Assembly (NCBI GenBank): GCA_963708075.1
Contig: OY970194.1
Span: 6,240,001 to 6,304,000 of the forward strand
Source of the DNA: Sedimentisphaerales bacterium
Lineage (GTDB): Bacteria > Planctomycetota > Phycisphaerae > Sedimentisphaerales > Anaerobacaceae
DNA length: 64,000 nucleotides
Direction: 5' to 3'
Under the pieces are notes generated by a model that was given only the letters and a program-made list of their open reading frames with translations, was not told where the DNA came from and ran no database searches. Numbering within the stretch: position 1 is the first letter of the stretch; every line of letters starts with the position of its first letter. Positions 30,484-40,344 of this stretch are shown one piece after another. The translations under genes were made by a program, and so were the position numbers.

Positions 30484-30719
30484 TGTCATTGCGAGCGAAG
30501 CCATTCATGGGCCTTCAGCCCACCACAAGAAGATGAGAATGGTCTTGGGCTGCTCGTAGGGTGGGTCCTTGACCCACGCGGTTTTTGAACGACGCATTCC
30601 TTGACGCGTGGGTTGAGAACCCACCCTACACGTCAACGCCACACTTTTTCAGAGGAGCGAGACAATCCTCTATGCTGGAAGTCGAGATTGCTTCGCCGCT
30701 GCGCTGCTCGCAATGACAT
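30484..30719. mobile_element. TGTCATTGCGAG..CTCGCAATGACA palindrome interrupted by a ~155-bp composite element (30501-30655) that contains a GTAG REP doublet
   Basis: The composite aligns along its length with the reverse complement of 41723-41879. Confidence 0.8.
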
Positions 30720-31263
30720 AACCGTCGTCTGTCAAGCGGCTTTGCGTTTGCCCCGGGAGCAAAGGGAAGCCCCCGCGATTTGATGAGGGAGAGGAAGCGA
30801 GACTACGCGGGGGCTTGAAGGCTTTATCATTGATCTCACACAATCGCTCAACGGCCGCCAGCCACGGCTGGGTCTCAGCGAAGATGCTACCGCGCATCCG
30901 GAGGCTTGTCACCACGAAAACAAGGAATTTTTTCCATGCAGCGCACGACAAGATTGTGAGAGATCGCGCACTCCGAGTGGCAGCGGCAGGCGGAGAAAAG
31001 CGGAGCTGGCCGATGGTGTTCCGAAGCATCTGGTAGCCATCGGCAATTCTTCAATATGCTCGGAGGGTTGCTGCCATCCATCCTGAATGCCCTGGAATCT
31101 TCGCAGATATGATTGAGCCAATTTCGAGAGAGATTTTTGCGGGAACGCGGCCTTGGGGGTATGATAATAGCCTTTTGAAGAGCGTTGCGTTCTTTCCATG
31201 GAAGAGCCCCGGCCAATGGGGCGATTCGGATGCAGGTTCCGTTCGTAACCTGGGAGACTTGGC

Positions 31264-32292
31264 ATGAAAGCCCTTGTAAAGAGCAGATCGGAGCCCGGCC
31301 TGTGGCTGGCGGACGTTCCGGAGCCGCAAATCGGCATCAACGATGTCCTGATCCAGGTGGCAAAGACCTCGATCTGTGGCACGGATGTTCACATCTACAA
31401 CTGGGACGCCTGGGCACAGAAGACGATCCATGTGCCCATGGTCATCGGCCACGAGTTCGTCGGCCGCATCGTCGAGATCGGTGGAAATGTTCATGACTTC
31501 CAGGTCGGCGACCTGGTCAGTGCCGAGGGGCACGTCGTGTGCGGCCACTGCCGCAATTGCCTGGCCGGCCGGCGGCACCTGTGCAACTCGCCGCGCGGTA
31601 TCGGCGTGAATCGCGACGGCGCGTTCGCGGAGTACATCTCCGTGCCCGTGACGAATATCTGGTATTGTGATACCTCTATCCCGACGGATGTCCTGAGCTG
31701 CTTCGATCCGCTGGGCAACGCCGCCCACACGGCCCTGAGCTTCAATCTGGTGGGAGAGGACGTGCTGATCACAGGGGCCGGCCCCATCGGCTGCATGGCC
31801 GCGGGGATCGCCAAGCGGGTGGGCGCCCGCCACGTCGTCGTTACCGACGTCAACCCGTACCGCCTGCAACTTGCCAAGCGGATGGGAGCCACGCTGGCCG
31901 TCGATGTTCGGACCACCCGTATCAAGGAGGTGCAGGAGCAGCTCGGCATGAAGGAGGGGTTCGATGTCGGCATGGAGATGTCCGGCAATCCCGATGCCCT
32001 GCGCGAGATGATCGCGAACATGGCCCATGGCGGCAAGATCGCACTGCTGGGCATTCTGCCGCGTACGGAGATTGACTGGGATTTCGTCGTCTTCAACGGC
32101 CTGACGATCAAGGGCATCTACGGGAGAGAGATGTATGAGACCTGGTATAAAATGACGATGCTGATCCAGGGCGGCCTGGACATCACGCCGCTGATCACGC
32201 ACCGCTATCATTATCTGGAATTCCAGAAGGGCTTCGATGCGATGCGCTCCGGCAACTCCGGCAAGGTGGTGCTGACTTGGCATGACTCGTAG
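31264..32292 (+). CDS. tdh: L-threonine 3-dehydrogenase
   Basis: [45 protein letters not shown]; adjacent to kbl. Confidence 0.97.
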   Translation: MKALVKSRSEPGLWLADVPEPQIGINDVLIQVAKTSICGTDVHIYNWDAWAQKTIHVPMVIGHEFVGRIVEIGGNVHDFQVGDLVSAEGHVVCGHCRNCLAGRRHLCNSPRGIGVNRDGAFAEYISVPVTNIWYCDTSIPTDVLSCFDPLGNAAHTALSFNLVGEDVLITGAGPIGCMAAGIAKRVGARHVVVTDVNPYRLQLAKRMGATLAVDVRTTRIKEVQEQLGMKEGFDVGMEMSGNPDALREMIANMAHGGKIALLGILPRTEIDWDFVVFNGLTIKGIYGREMYETWYKMTMLIQGGLDITPLITHRYHYLEFQKGFDAMRSGNSGKVVLTWHDS

Positions 32293-32310
32293 CATGCGCT
32301 ACCTGCATAT

Positions 32311-32422
32311 GTCACCCCCGCGAAGGCGGGAGTCCACGATGCGGGGAGGGCATGGATTCTCGCCTCCTCTGGAACATCGCGGCGTCAGCATGTAGGGTGG
32401 GTTCTCAACCCACGCGTCCAGA
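32311..32422. repeat. GTCACCCCCGCG palindrome joined to a truncated copy of the ~155-bp composite element
   Basis: cctctggaacatcgcggcgtcagcatgtagggtgggttctcaacccacgcgtc resembles 41723-41775. Confidence 0.7.
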
Positions 32423-32466
32423 ACTACGGGATTGTACGATCCTCGTAATACTGAAAGGATGCAGGC

Positions 32467-33669
32467 ATGTACGGGAGCGTGAAGACTTATCTGCAGGGGC
32501 AGTTGACGGAGATTCGAAACGCCGGCCTGGAAAAGCCGGAGCGGGTCATCACGAGTCCTCAGGGCAACTGGATCACCACCTCCGCGGGCAAGCGCGTGCT
32601 GAACCTGTGCGCCAACAACTACCTTGGCCTGGGGAACCATCCGGAAGTGGTCCGTGCCGCTCGCGAGAGCTACGAGAAATGGGGCTTCGGCCTGGCCTCC
32701 GTCCGCTTCATCTGCGGCACGCAGCAGATTCACAAGGACCTGGAGGCGGCCGTCACGAAGTTCCTCGGCACGGAAGACACGATCATCTACGGCTCGTGCT
32801 TCGACGCCAACGGCGGCCTCTTCGAGACCCTCATGGGCGAGCAGGACGCCATCATCAGCGACCAGCTAAACCACGCCAGCATCATCGATGGCGTGCGCCT
32901 GTGCAAGGCTCAGCGACTGCGCTTCAACAACAGCGACATGAAGGACCTCGAAGAGCAGCTCAAGTCCGCCCGGTCCTCGCGATTTCGCCTGATCGCCACC
33001 GACGGCGTCTTCTCCATGGACGGCTACATCGCCAGGCTCGACGAAATCTGCGCCCTCGCGGACCGCTACGACGCGATGGTCATGATCGACGACTGCCACG
33101 CCCACGGCGTCATCGGCGCCACCGGCCGTGGCACCCCCGAATACCGAGGCGTGATGGGCCGCGTGGATATCATCACAGGCACATTCGGCAAGGCCCTCGG
33201 CGGCGCCAGCGGCGGTTTCACCTCCGGCCGCAAAGAGATCATCGACATGCTCCGCCAGCGAAGCCGCCCCTACCTGTTCTCCAACACCCTCGCCCCCGCT
33301 ATCGCCGCCGGCTCGCTCAAAGCCATGGACCTGCTCAGCCGCTCCACGGAGCTGCTGGACCGCCTGCGGGACAACACGCAATACTTCCGTCAGCGAATCA
33401 CGGAGACCGGCCTGACCGTCCTGCCCGGCGAGCACCCCATCACCCCCGTCATGCTAGGCGATGCCGCCCTGGCTCAGGAGATGTCAAGACGATTGCTCGA
33501 AAAAGGCGTTTACGTGATCGGCTTCTCTTTCCCGGTCGTCCCCAAAGGCCTGGCCCGAATCCGAACCCAGGTCTCCGCCGCCCACACGCACCAGGATCTG
33601 GATTTCGCCGTAGAGAAGTTCGCCGAAGTGAGCCGGGAATTGGGCCTGCCGCGCGCCGCAAAGCCATAG
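32467..33669 (+). CDS. kbl: 2-amino-3-ketobutyrate CoA ligase (glycine C-acetyltransferase)
   Basis: [54 protein letters not shown]. Confidence 0.97.
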   Translation: MYGSVKTYLQGQLTEIRNAGLEKPERVITSPQGNWITTSAGKRVLNLCANNYLGLGNHPEVVRAARESYEKWGFGLASVRFICGTQQIHKDLEAAVTKFLGTEDTIIYGSCFDANGGLFETLMGEQDAIISDQLNHASIIDGVRLCKAQRLRFNNSDMKDLEEQLKSARSSRFRLIATDGVFSMDGYIARLDEICALADRYDAMVMIDDCHAHGVIGATGRGTPEYRGVMGRVDIITGTFGKALGGASGGFTSGRKEIIDMLRQRSRPYLFSNTLAPAIAAGSLKAMDLLSRSTELLDRLRDNTQYFRQRITETGLTVLPGEHPITPVMLGDAALAQEMSRRLLEKGVYVIGFSFPVVPKGLARIRTQVSAAHTHQDLDFAVEKFAEVSRELGLPRAAKP

Positions 33670-33791
33670 ACGCTCGACCCTTGCACGGGACTAGTCAATT
33701 GGATTCAGCCGAACGACCCTGAAGAGCGGCGTTGCCCTGGAAGGATGCCTCCCGTACGCGAACACCTGCCCCATGGCCTTTCAATTCTTGT

Positions 33792-34964
33792 CTACTGCAT
33801 GACCGGTTGGGACAATGGATACTTGCGCACTTCAGAGCCATTCCTCAGGGTGATCTCCCGGTTCGTGATGCGCTCGACTTTCCAGCCGTGCACGGTTCGG
33901 CCCTGTGTCAATTCTCCCAGATCACTATAGACCACGATCTTCCCATCGACGACGACAACGGCCTCCACCTCAATGGTTCCGGGCAGGGGGGACGCCGACG
34001 GTGCCGGTGTGGACGCCGGCGACGGGACATCGGCCCGACGCACAGCGGGTGCAAAAGGATCCGAAAGCACAGGTGACGGGACTGGGGCGATGGGTGCAGG
34101 TTCTGGGGAATAATCTACATCTCTATCGTCATACATGTCTGTCTCGTCATATTGGCTGAATCCAACGGCCGATTTCACGGGCCAATAGAACTTGACGGCG
34201 ATCAATCCCGCGAAGATCGCGATCACCACGGCCAAGGCAATCCACGTCACCTTCATGCCCCGGCGTGTATCCCGGATACGTGACGTCTCACCCGCTGCCA
34301 CAGCCGTACATATTGGCTCAGTAGCGCTCGTCTTTTGATCTATCGGTGCGCAAGAAGGAATGCCCACATTGAGGACTGCAAGGCCGGTCTGGGCCACGGG
34401 AGCACTCAGAGGCTGGGCTATGGGAGCGCTCAGAGGCTGGGCTATGGGAGCACTCAGAGGCTGGGCCATGGGAGCACTCAGAGGCTGGACCATGCGGGCC
34501 CGCGCGGCTGCCACACGGACAACGACTGTGCCGGACCACCTGTCGTGCCATCCACCGGGATTCTTCCCTAAGAACGACAGTGGCTCGAATGGGACAAAGC
34601 GCAAGAGGGTTCTCATGCCGATGGCGTCGAATGTCGGTTTTGTGCCATATACCGTGACGACTTTTGTCCCTGTGATGAGTTTCGCGAGAGTCCTCTGCCA
34701 GAGCGCTTCACACAAGAAGAAGTAGAAGAAGACGTTGAAACAGCTTATGAAGAATCTTCCTGCCGGGCTCAGAACAGTCTCCCCGAGCACAGTCAGCACG
34801 GTATCAGCCATGCCCAGCATTGCGGCGAAGAACCCGACGAAAAGACCGACCACAAGCGAGACTGCAAACGCCAGTATGTTGATGAACAGTATGTCGAGAA
34901 TGTAGTTTGCCAGCCGCAAACCTTTGGAGGCCACGTCACAGGACTGAACGAACTGATTTCCCAT
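33792..34964 (-). CDS. RDD family membrane protein with extended C-terminal region
   Basis: RLANYILD..TLAKLITGTKVV..RTLLR..GWHDRWSGTVVV; extra TM and Pro-rich tail. Confidence 0.85.
   Translation of the reverse strand: MGNQFVQSCDVASKGLRLANYILDILFINILAFAVSLVVGLFVGFFAAMLGMADTVLTVLGETVLSPAGRFFISCFNVFFYFFLCEALWQRTLAKLITGTKVVTVYGTKPTFDAIGMRTLLRFVPFEPLSFLGKNPGGWHDRWSGTVVVRVAAARARMVQPLSAPMAQPLSAPIAQPLSAPIAQPLSAPVAQTGLAVLNVGIPSCAPIDQKTSATEPICTAVAAGETSRIRDTRRGMKVTWIALAVVIAIFAGLIAVKFYWPVKSAVGFSQYDETDMYDDRDVDYSPEPAPIAPVPSPVLSDPFAPAVRRADVPSPASTPAPSASPLPGTIEVEAVVVVDGKIVVYSDLGELTQGRTVHGWKVERITNREITLRNGSEVRKYPLSQPVMQ
34389..34494. repeat. 24-bp tandem repeat, four full copies plus a partial, encoding QPLSAP(M/I/V)A
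   Basis: ctgggc(c/t)a(c/t)gggagc(a/g)ctcagagg units. Confidence 0.95.
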
Positions 34965-35441
34965 AGGGCATCAACTCCTCATTCCGCATCTCAGGTTGCC
35001 TGTCACTCACTCCGACAGGTGTAATTTATCCGGTCGTCTATATCGGCGGCTTGCGATTATGAGTTAACGCGAATTCGCCTGCCCCCGCCGGCGGGTGAGC
35101 CTGTTGACACTGAGACGCTTCGCAGCATCATTAAGCGTCCGAGAACTTGTGCGGGTTTGCCCCAGCCTCCGGGCGACACGCTGTGCAAGCCGGAGGTTAT
35201 AACCGTCATAATCGTTAGTCTCATCCCGCCCCCGTGCGAGCCCGTCACCCCCGTGATGTTGCGAGACAGCGCGCCGTAAAGACATAGTCAACCGGGAATC
35301 AGTATGCGAACAAGAAGCAGAGGCCGTCCCTATTCCCCGGAGAATCAACATGGGCTATTATATGGGTGAAGTACGCGGTGAGAGAGACCATTATCCATGG
35401 TCTCCCTGGTGCTCCGGCTACGCTGAGTTTGGGTGGATACC

Positions 35442-35530
35442 GGGTGGCGGCGGCAAGTGGAGTCTTCGGAGCTTGCCGATGGCGCACAGCCGTAAACATG
35501 AGCTATCGGCTTACCGGCGCTTGCCGCTGC
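35442..35530. repeat. GGGTGGC..CGGCAAG family palindrome
   Basis: Matches 20027-20120. Confidence 0.8.
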
Positions 35531-35643
35531 GAGGACGAGTAGTTCCATCGTCTTGTCACCGCTTGGGTGGTCTTGCCACTATCTATGTGGACAGGTACCG
35601 TTAGGGCTATCAAGGATCAGAAACCAGAACGTAGAGGAGTCTC

Positions 35644-36927
35644 ATGAGAACATCGTTGAATCGATCCTGTCGTTGGCTGACGTTGGCTATCGCCGGCTGC
35701 TGTCTGTTCACTGCAAGCGTCGGGGCTTCGGACTGGCCGCAATGGCGCGGACCGAACCGGGACGGCAAGTCCGCGGATACGGGCCTGCTCAAGGAATGGC
35801 CGAAAGATGGCCCGTCGCTTGCCTGGAAGATCAGCGGACTCGGCGGCGGCTACAGCGCTCCATCCATTGCCGCCGGGCGGATCTTCGGCATGGGTAATCG
35901 CGGCGACGACGAAGTCGTTTGGGCTTTGTCCGAGACGGACGGCAAGGAGCTTTGGGCGACGCGTCTTGGGCCGGCTTTCAAGCAGCAGGCGCCGCAGGGA
36001 AAAGAGGGTCCGGCTTGCACGCCGACGGTCGATGGTGAACGGCTCTATGTCGAGGGCCTGGGCGGTGATGTGGCTTGCCTGCAGGCCAAAGACGGCAAGA
36101 TCGTTTGGCAACTCAGCCTGACACGCGATTTCGGCGGGCGCGTGCCAAGGTGGAGTTACCGCGAATCGCCGCTCGTCGATGGCGATAAGGTCATCTACAC
36201 GCCCGGCGGCCAAGAGGCGACCCTGGTGGCCCTCGACAAGTTGACCGGCAAGACGATCTGGAAGAGTCAGGTGCCCGACAGTCCCAAAGCGTCCTATGCC
36301 TCGGCCATTGCCATCGACTTCGACGGGCAGCGCCAGTACGTGCAGCTCACCGAGCGGGCACTCGTCGGAGTCGCCGCGTCCGACGGCAAGTTCCTCTGGC
36401 GGTATGACCGGCCTGCCAATCGCATGGGGATCAACTGTTCCACGCCGCTCTACCAGGATGGTCTCGTGTTCGCCGCCTCGGCCTATGGTACGGGCGGTGG
36501 GTTGGTGAAGCTGAGCAAGGATCCGAACGGCGTCAAGGCCGAGGAAGTCTGGTTCTCCAAGAAGATGCAAAACCACCACGGCGGCATGATCCTCCTCGAC
36601 GGCTCCCTGTATGGCGCCAACGGCGGCAATGAAGGTGGTTCCCTTGTCTGTCTCGACTTCAAAACCGGCGATGTCCTGTGGGACGGGCGCGACAGCGGGG
36701 CGCCGAAAGGCTCGCTGGCCCTGGCCGATGGCCGGCTCTACTATCGCGCCGAGAGCGGCGCCATGCTCCTGATTGAGCCGAGCCCGAAGCAATACATCGA
36801 GCGTGGCCGCTTCGACCAGCCCGACCGCAGCAAGCAGCCCGCCTGGCCACACCCGGTCATCGCCAACGGCAAACTCTACCTCCGCGACCAGGACGTCCTG
36901 CTCTGCTACGACATCAAGGCGAAGTAA
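35644..36927 (+). CDS. PQQ-like beta-propeller (BamB-family) secreted protein
   Basis: [36 protein letters not shown]. Confidence 0.92.
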   Translation: MRTSLNRSCRWLTLAIAGCCLFTASVGASDWPQWRGPNRDGKSADTGLLKEWPKDGPSLAWKISGLGGGYSAPSIAAGRIFGMGNRGDDEVVWALSETDGKELWATRLGPAFKQQAPQGKEGPACTPTVDGERLYVEGLGGDVACLQAKDGKIVWQLSLTRDFGGRVPRWSYRESPLVDGDKVIYTPGGQEATLVALDKLTGKTIWKSQVPDSPKASYASAIAIDFDGQRQYVQLTERALVGVAASDGKFLWRYDRPANRMGINCSTPLYQDGLVFAASAYGTGGGLVKLSKDPNGVKAEEVWFSKKMQNHHGGMILLDGSLYGANGGNEGGSLVCLDFKTGDVLWDGRDSGAPKGSLALADGRLYYRAESGAMLLIEPSPKQYIERGRFDQPDRSKQPAWPHPVIANGKLYLRDQDVLLCYDIKAK

Positions 36928-37006
36928 CGAACCCCGTTTGCCGGCCCGTGCGACCCCCGCCGGGCGAAAAACACTGGCGTGCAGCAACGGCAACGACGGC
37001 GAGAAC

Positions 37007-37210
37007 GCCCTGGCCCAGGAAATGTCTATGCGATTGCTCGAAAAAGGAGTCTACGTGATCGGCTTTTCCTTCCCGGTCGTCCCCAAAGGTTTGACCCGCA
37101 TTCGCGCCCAAGTCTCCGCCGCCCACACCCACCAGGACCTGGACTTTGCGGTGGAAAAGTTTGCTGAAGTGAGCCGGGAATTAGGCCTGCCCCGCGTCGC
37201 AGTCTCATAG
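37007..37210 (+). pseudogene. Second copy of the last 68 codons of kbl
   Basis: Aligns without gaps to 33466-33669, and similarity continues about 20 bp past the stop. Confidence 0.95.
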
Positions 37211-37253
37211 ACGCCCGACTCTCACAGGGGAATACGCAAGAAATGAACCCGGT

Positions 37254-37673
37254 CTATTTCTCGTTGTCGGTTGTTGACGGTGCGATTCGCGCGATCAGAC
37301 CCTCGATGTAGTTCACGAAGGCCCTCGTCTGATCCAGCCACGGGCGGACTTCGTCTGTTTGAAACACGACGAAATCCGCGTAGTCCCCTTCCTGGCGGGT
37401 GCTGAACAGCCGGTCAAAATGCCTGCCAAGCTCCGTGGGAATCAGCCCGGTCTTGACGAAGTCGCGATGCAACAGAGAGCGTAAGTGTCCGTGTTTGCTC
37501 GTGGAGATCCCTCGCGTCACCAGCAATGCCGAGACGGCGTAGAAGCAGGCGTAGTACAGCCGACTCACATAGGCATTCAAGTGTCCCGCCTCCAGAAGCA
37601 GACTCGCCTCCTCGATCGCCTCACGGGCCCGGTCCATCCGATAACCGGCTAAGGCTTTGATCGGATCATTCAC
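37254..37673 (-). CDS. HEPN domain protein (UPF0332-like)
   Basis: SRLYYACFYA..KHG..RQEGDY. Confidence 0.88.
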   Translation of the reverse strand: MNDPIKALAGYRMDRAREAIEEASLLLEAGHLNAYVSRLYYACFYAVSALLVTRGISTSKHGHLRSLLHRDFVKTGLIPTELGRHFDRLFSTRQEGDYADFVVFQTDEVRPWLDQTRAFVNYIEGLIARIAPSTTDNEK

Positions 37674-38014
37674 ACACGCACCCCATCACGCTCGACGTTC
37701 TTGTGGAAAGGCATCTCCCTGTAGGGTAGAGACTCCCACCGGCGCCGGTCATACGTGACCAGCGTCAGCATGGCCCCCGTCTCAAGCTCCAACGGATAGA
37801 CGTTCGAGAGAATCTGATCCTTCAGGGCGATGCTCGCCGGCTGATCCACGAGCACGAGGATATCGTAATCCGAGTCTTCCCGAGCGTCCCCCCGGGCACG
37901 CGAGCCATACAGAATGACGTCGGCATCGGGCACGACCTTTCTGATGGTCTGCCTGCACTTGTCCAGCAGGACCTTGTCGTCCTCACGCCCTTGCCACGCA
38001 TCGATAGAGATCAT
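37670..38014 (-). CDS. Minimal nucleotidyltransferase (MNT)
   Basis: GS-x10-DxD motif ([15 protein letters not shown]); overlaps the HEPN gene. Confidence 0.9.
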   Translation of the reverse strand: MISIDAWQGREDDKVLLDKCRQTIRKVVPDADVILYGSRARGDAREDSDYDILVLVDQPASIALKDQILSNVYPLELETGAMLTLVTYDRRRWESLPYREMPFHKNVERDGVRV

Positions 38015-38074
38015 GGTTGTGGTTCCTTATCCAGCGTGCCGGCCATGGGCACCCACGCCGTGCCGATGCTCTGC

Positions 38075-38103
38075 ATTGTACGCGTGAAATCGAACTCGGT
38101 CAA
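38075..38103 (-). promoter_or_regulatory. Sigma70-like promoter for the MNT-HEPN pair
   Basis: TTGACC-17 bp-TACAAT on the minus strand. Confidence 0.7.
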
Positions 38104-38104
38104 C

Positions 38105-38230
38105 TCCTTCCCGATTGCCCCCAAGGGCCAGGCCCGAATCCGAACCCAAGTCTCCGCCGCCCACACCCACCAGGACCTCGACTTCGCCGTAGAAAAGTTC
38201 GCCGAAGTGAGCAAAGAATTGGGCCTCCCC
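38105..38230 (+). pseudogene. Third copy of the kbl 3' end (42 codons)
   Basis: [42 protein letters not shown]. Confidence 0.93.
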
Positions 38231-38341
38231 GTCCCTATTATTCCCCTCTTCAAAGGAGTGGCGTGATGGGAAGTGAGATAGTAGGAAATCGGGCAACAAT
38301 GCGCTTGTCAAAACAGGCAGATCACTGTTTCATGGTAGACT

Positions 38342-39238
38342 ATGAAGAAGGAGAGCGTAAAGTCAGTAGGCGGCCCAATAGTGTTCTTTGCTGGGGGAGG
38401 GCTTAGTATGATAGCGAGTCCTTCCCTTGGCTTCGTACTCTTGGGTATTGCTGGGGTACTTGGGTGGCGTCTTCTTCTTAAACAAGACTGGGCTTGGATG
38501 CAACGTGTTCGGCGAAGCCCACGTGCCCGAATCGCTGTGTACATAGTGTACATAGGAGTAGTCGTTCTCTCTATGGGCTTGGCTGCATATACCTATCCAC
38601 GCCACAGCAAACCAACACTGCAGCCAGGCACAACTAATGTTCAAGGTAGCCCTGGGAGCCGTGTTGTTAGTATCGGCGAGGCCAACCATGTGACAATCGA
38701 TCAGTCTGTAAACGTCGTTCGAGAAGTACAGCCTTCTGGGATATTAGTACCTGCGAATGAGCCCGATCCTCGCCCAGTTGAAGGGTACATCCCCAATGAG
38801 GCGCTAAAAATATTCTTGGGTCCCAATGTTGTGTGGCACCCAAAGATGGGCATTTATACCGTACTTCGAATAGGCAACGAAGACATAATCAAGCTCAAGT
38901 GCACGCCTGACGGGCTCTATGTGTCTGCCTATATTAGGCGAGAAGACGCCAGAACCGTAGCTGTGATTGTGGATAACCGCTTTGCAATCAATACCAACAA
39001 CTATTATGATCTACAAATACCCGACCGCCATGAATTCCGCGTGTTTGACAAATTCGGAAATCTTGCACTCAGAGTCAGATATGTTAATGAACAGACCGTA
39101 GAATTCGAGGGAAGGTTTTATGCGCCGAATTATCCTCCACTCATCGCAACCAAAGATGAAGTACGTTTTGGCGACCTCATTCTGAGACGCACCTCAATCG
39201 AGGCCCGAGAGAGTGACCCGACCTTCTTGTTTGAGTAA
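38342..39238 (+). CDS. Low-GC hypothetical membrane-anchored protein
   Basis: 298-aa ORF with N-terminal TM segments; visibly more AT-rich than its neighbours. Confidence 0.75.
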   Translation: MKKESVKSVGGPIVFFAGGGLSMIASPSLGFVLLGIAGVLGWRLLLKQDWAWMQRVRRSPRARIAVYIVYIGVVVLSMGLAAYTYPRHSKPTLQPGTTNVQGSPGSRVVSIGEANHVTIDQSVNVVREVQPSGILVPANEPDPRPVEGYIPNEALKIFLGPNVVWHPKMGIYTVLRIGNEDIIKLKCTPDGLYVSAYIRREDARTVAVIVDNRFAINTNNYYDLQIPDRHEFRVFDKFGNLALRVRYVNEQTVEFEGRFYAPNYPPLIATKDEVRFGDLILRRTSIEARESDPTFLFE

Positions 39239-39421
39239 AGAGGATAGGGGGTCGCACCTACACATTTCACATTTTCTACCAACACTTCCAGTCTTCGGGC
39301 CGACGGTTCTTTTGCATCTGACAGGGGCACTTCGATCCGAATCCACGGGCTCATTGTAGAGCCACGGCGACAAAAATACAAAGAGGAAACCCGGAAACTG
39401 CGAATTACACCAGGCACCCAG

Positions 39422-39748
39422 CGCGGCCTTCGGCTGCGATCAGGATCATTTCACGCGGAGACGCGGAGGCGCAGAGAAGAACCGAGCCGAAACATAGTTT
39501 TCAAACTCTGCGTCTCCGCGCGAGCACAACAAGATTCAAATAGAGTCCGCATGGGCTAAAGCCCATCCTACCAATTCCTCTGTGTCCCTGGCGGTCTCTG
39601 CGGCTAAAAGAACCTGGATTCCCGCCTCCGCGGGAATGACATTTTTGGAATCCGTGTCAGAAGAATCGGTGGGCCTGTCTGAGCCTTGTAGCACAGTCGC
39701 CCTCGGCTGTGTCTTACGGTTTCCCCAGCCGAGGGCGGCTGGGCTACA
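39422..39748. repeat. Cluster of several different palindrome families
   Basis: cgcggagacgc(g)gag..ctctgcgtctccgcg; atgggctaaagcccat (also about 40262); ggattcccgcctccgcgggaatgac; gtagcacagtcgccctcggctg..cagccgagggcggctgggctac. Confidence 0.8.
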
Positions 39749-39782
39749 TTTCGGCTGGCAGGGGGGCCGTGTCTTCATTATT

Positions 39783-39882
39783 GATTCCGCTGAAGAACCC
39801 CCAAAGACCGCTGCGACACCCGCATTTTCTGGGCCAAGAACGAGGGTAGAAAGGTCACAAGCAGGGCTTTTTCAGCGGAATC
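39783..39882. mobile_element. 100-bp MITE
   Basis: GATTCCGCTGAAGAACCC / GGGCTTTTTCAGCGGAATC termini, flanked on both sides by CATTATT. Confidence 0.75.
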
Positions 39883-40075
39883 CATTATTCACTATTCATT
39901 TCCGGCACTGCCTAATGAGAGTTGTGGGGGGGGGCGGGGGGAATCGGTGTGCGGTGCACACCCTACATCTTACAGGATAAGCAACACTGATAATTCCAAC
40001 TGGTTTTGAGATAGTTCCTTAGCCCTTGCGGGACAAGAGGTTATAGGCAACGGTGAGTCGGTGGGAGTTTTGTAG

Positions 40076-40103
40076 TTGACAAACACACACCATTGGTTAC
40101 AAT
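40076..40103 (+). promoter_or_regulatory. Sigma70-like promoter upstream of the 40345 ORF
   Basis: TTGACA-16 bp-TACAAT. Confidence 0.6.
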
Positions 40104-40344
40104 GTGGCGAACGTCGCGACGGGCGACGTGCGGCGGCCGGCGTGCGGTCGGCGGCCGATGATAAGCAGATGAGCGTGTCCACGTGTGCGTGGACGATTCG
40201 ACGGGCACGACGCGCTTACGCAAGAGTAAGCGTGGCGCCCGGCCATTGCCGAGGACTCCGCATGGGCTAAAGCCCATCCTGTGAATCTGAACAGCGAATC
40301 GTAAATCGTAAAGGGTAAATCGTAAATCTTGGAGGGATCACCCC

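Noticed and set aside
35125..35165. GGGCAAACC..GGACGC on the minus strand, resembling a c-di-GMP-I riboswitch
   Set aside because: There is no pairing P2 stem or GNRA loop, and no CAAAGC continuation.
33670..39240. Classical integron or prophage
   Set aside because: No integrase, attC-like sites or phage genes were recognised.
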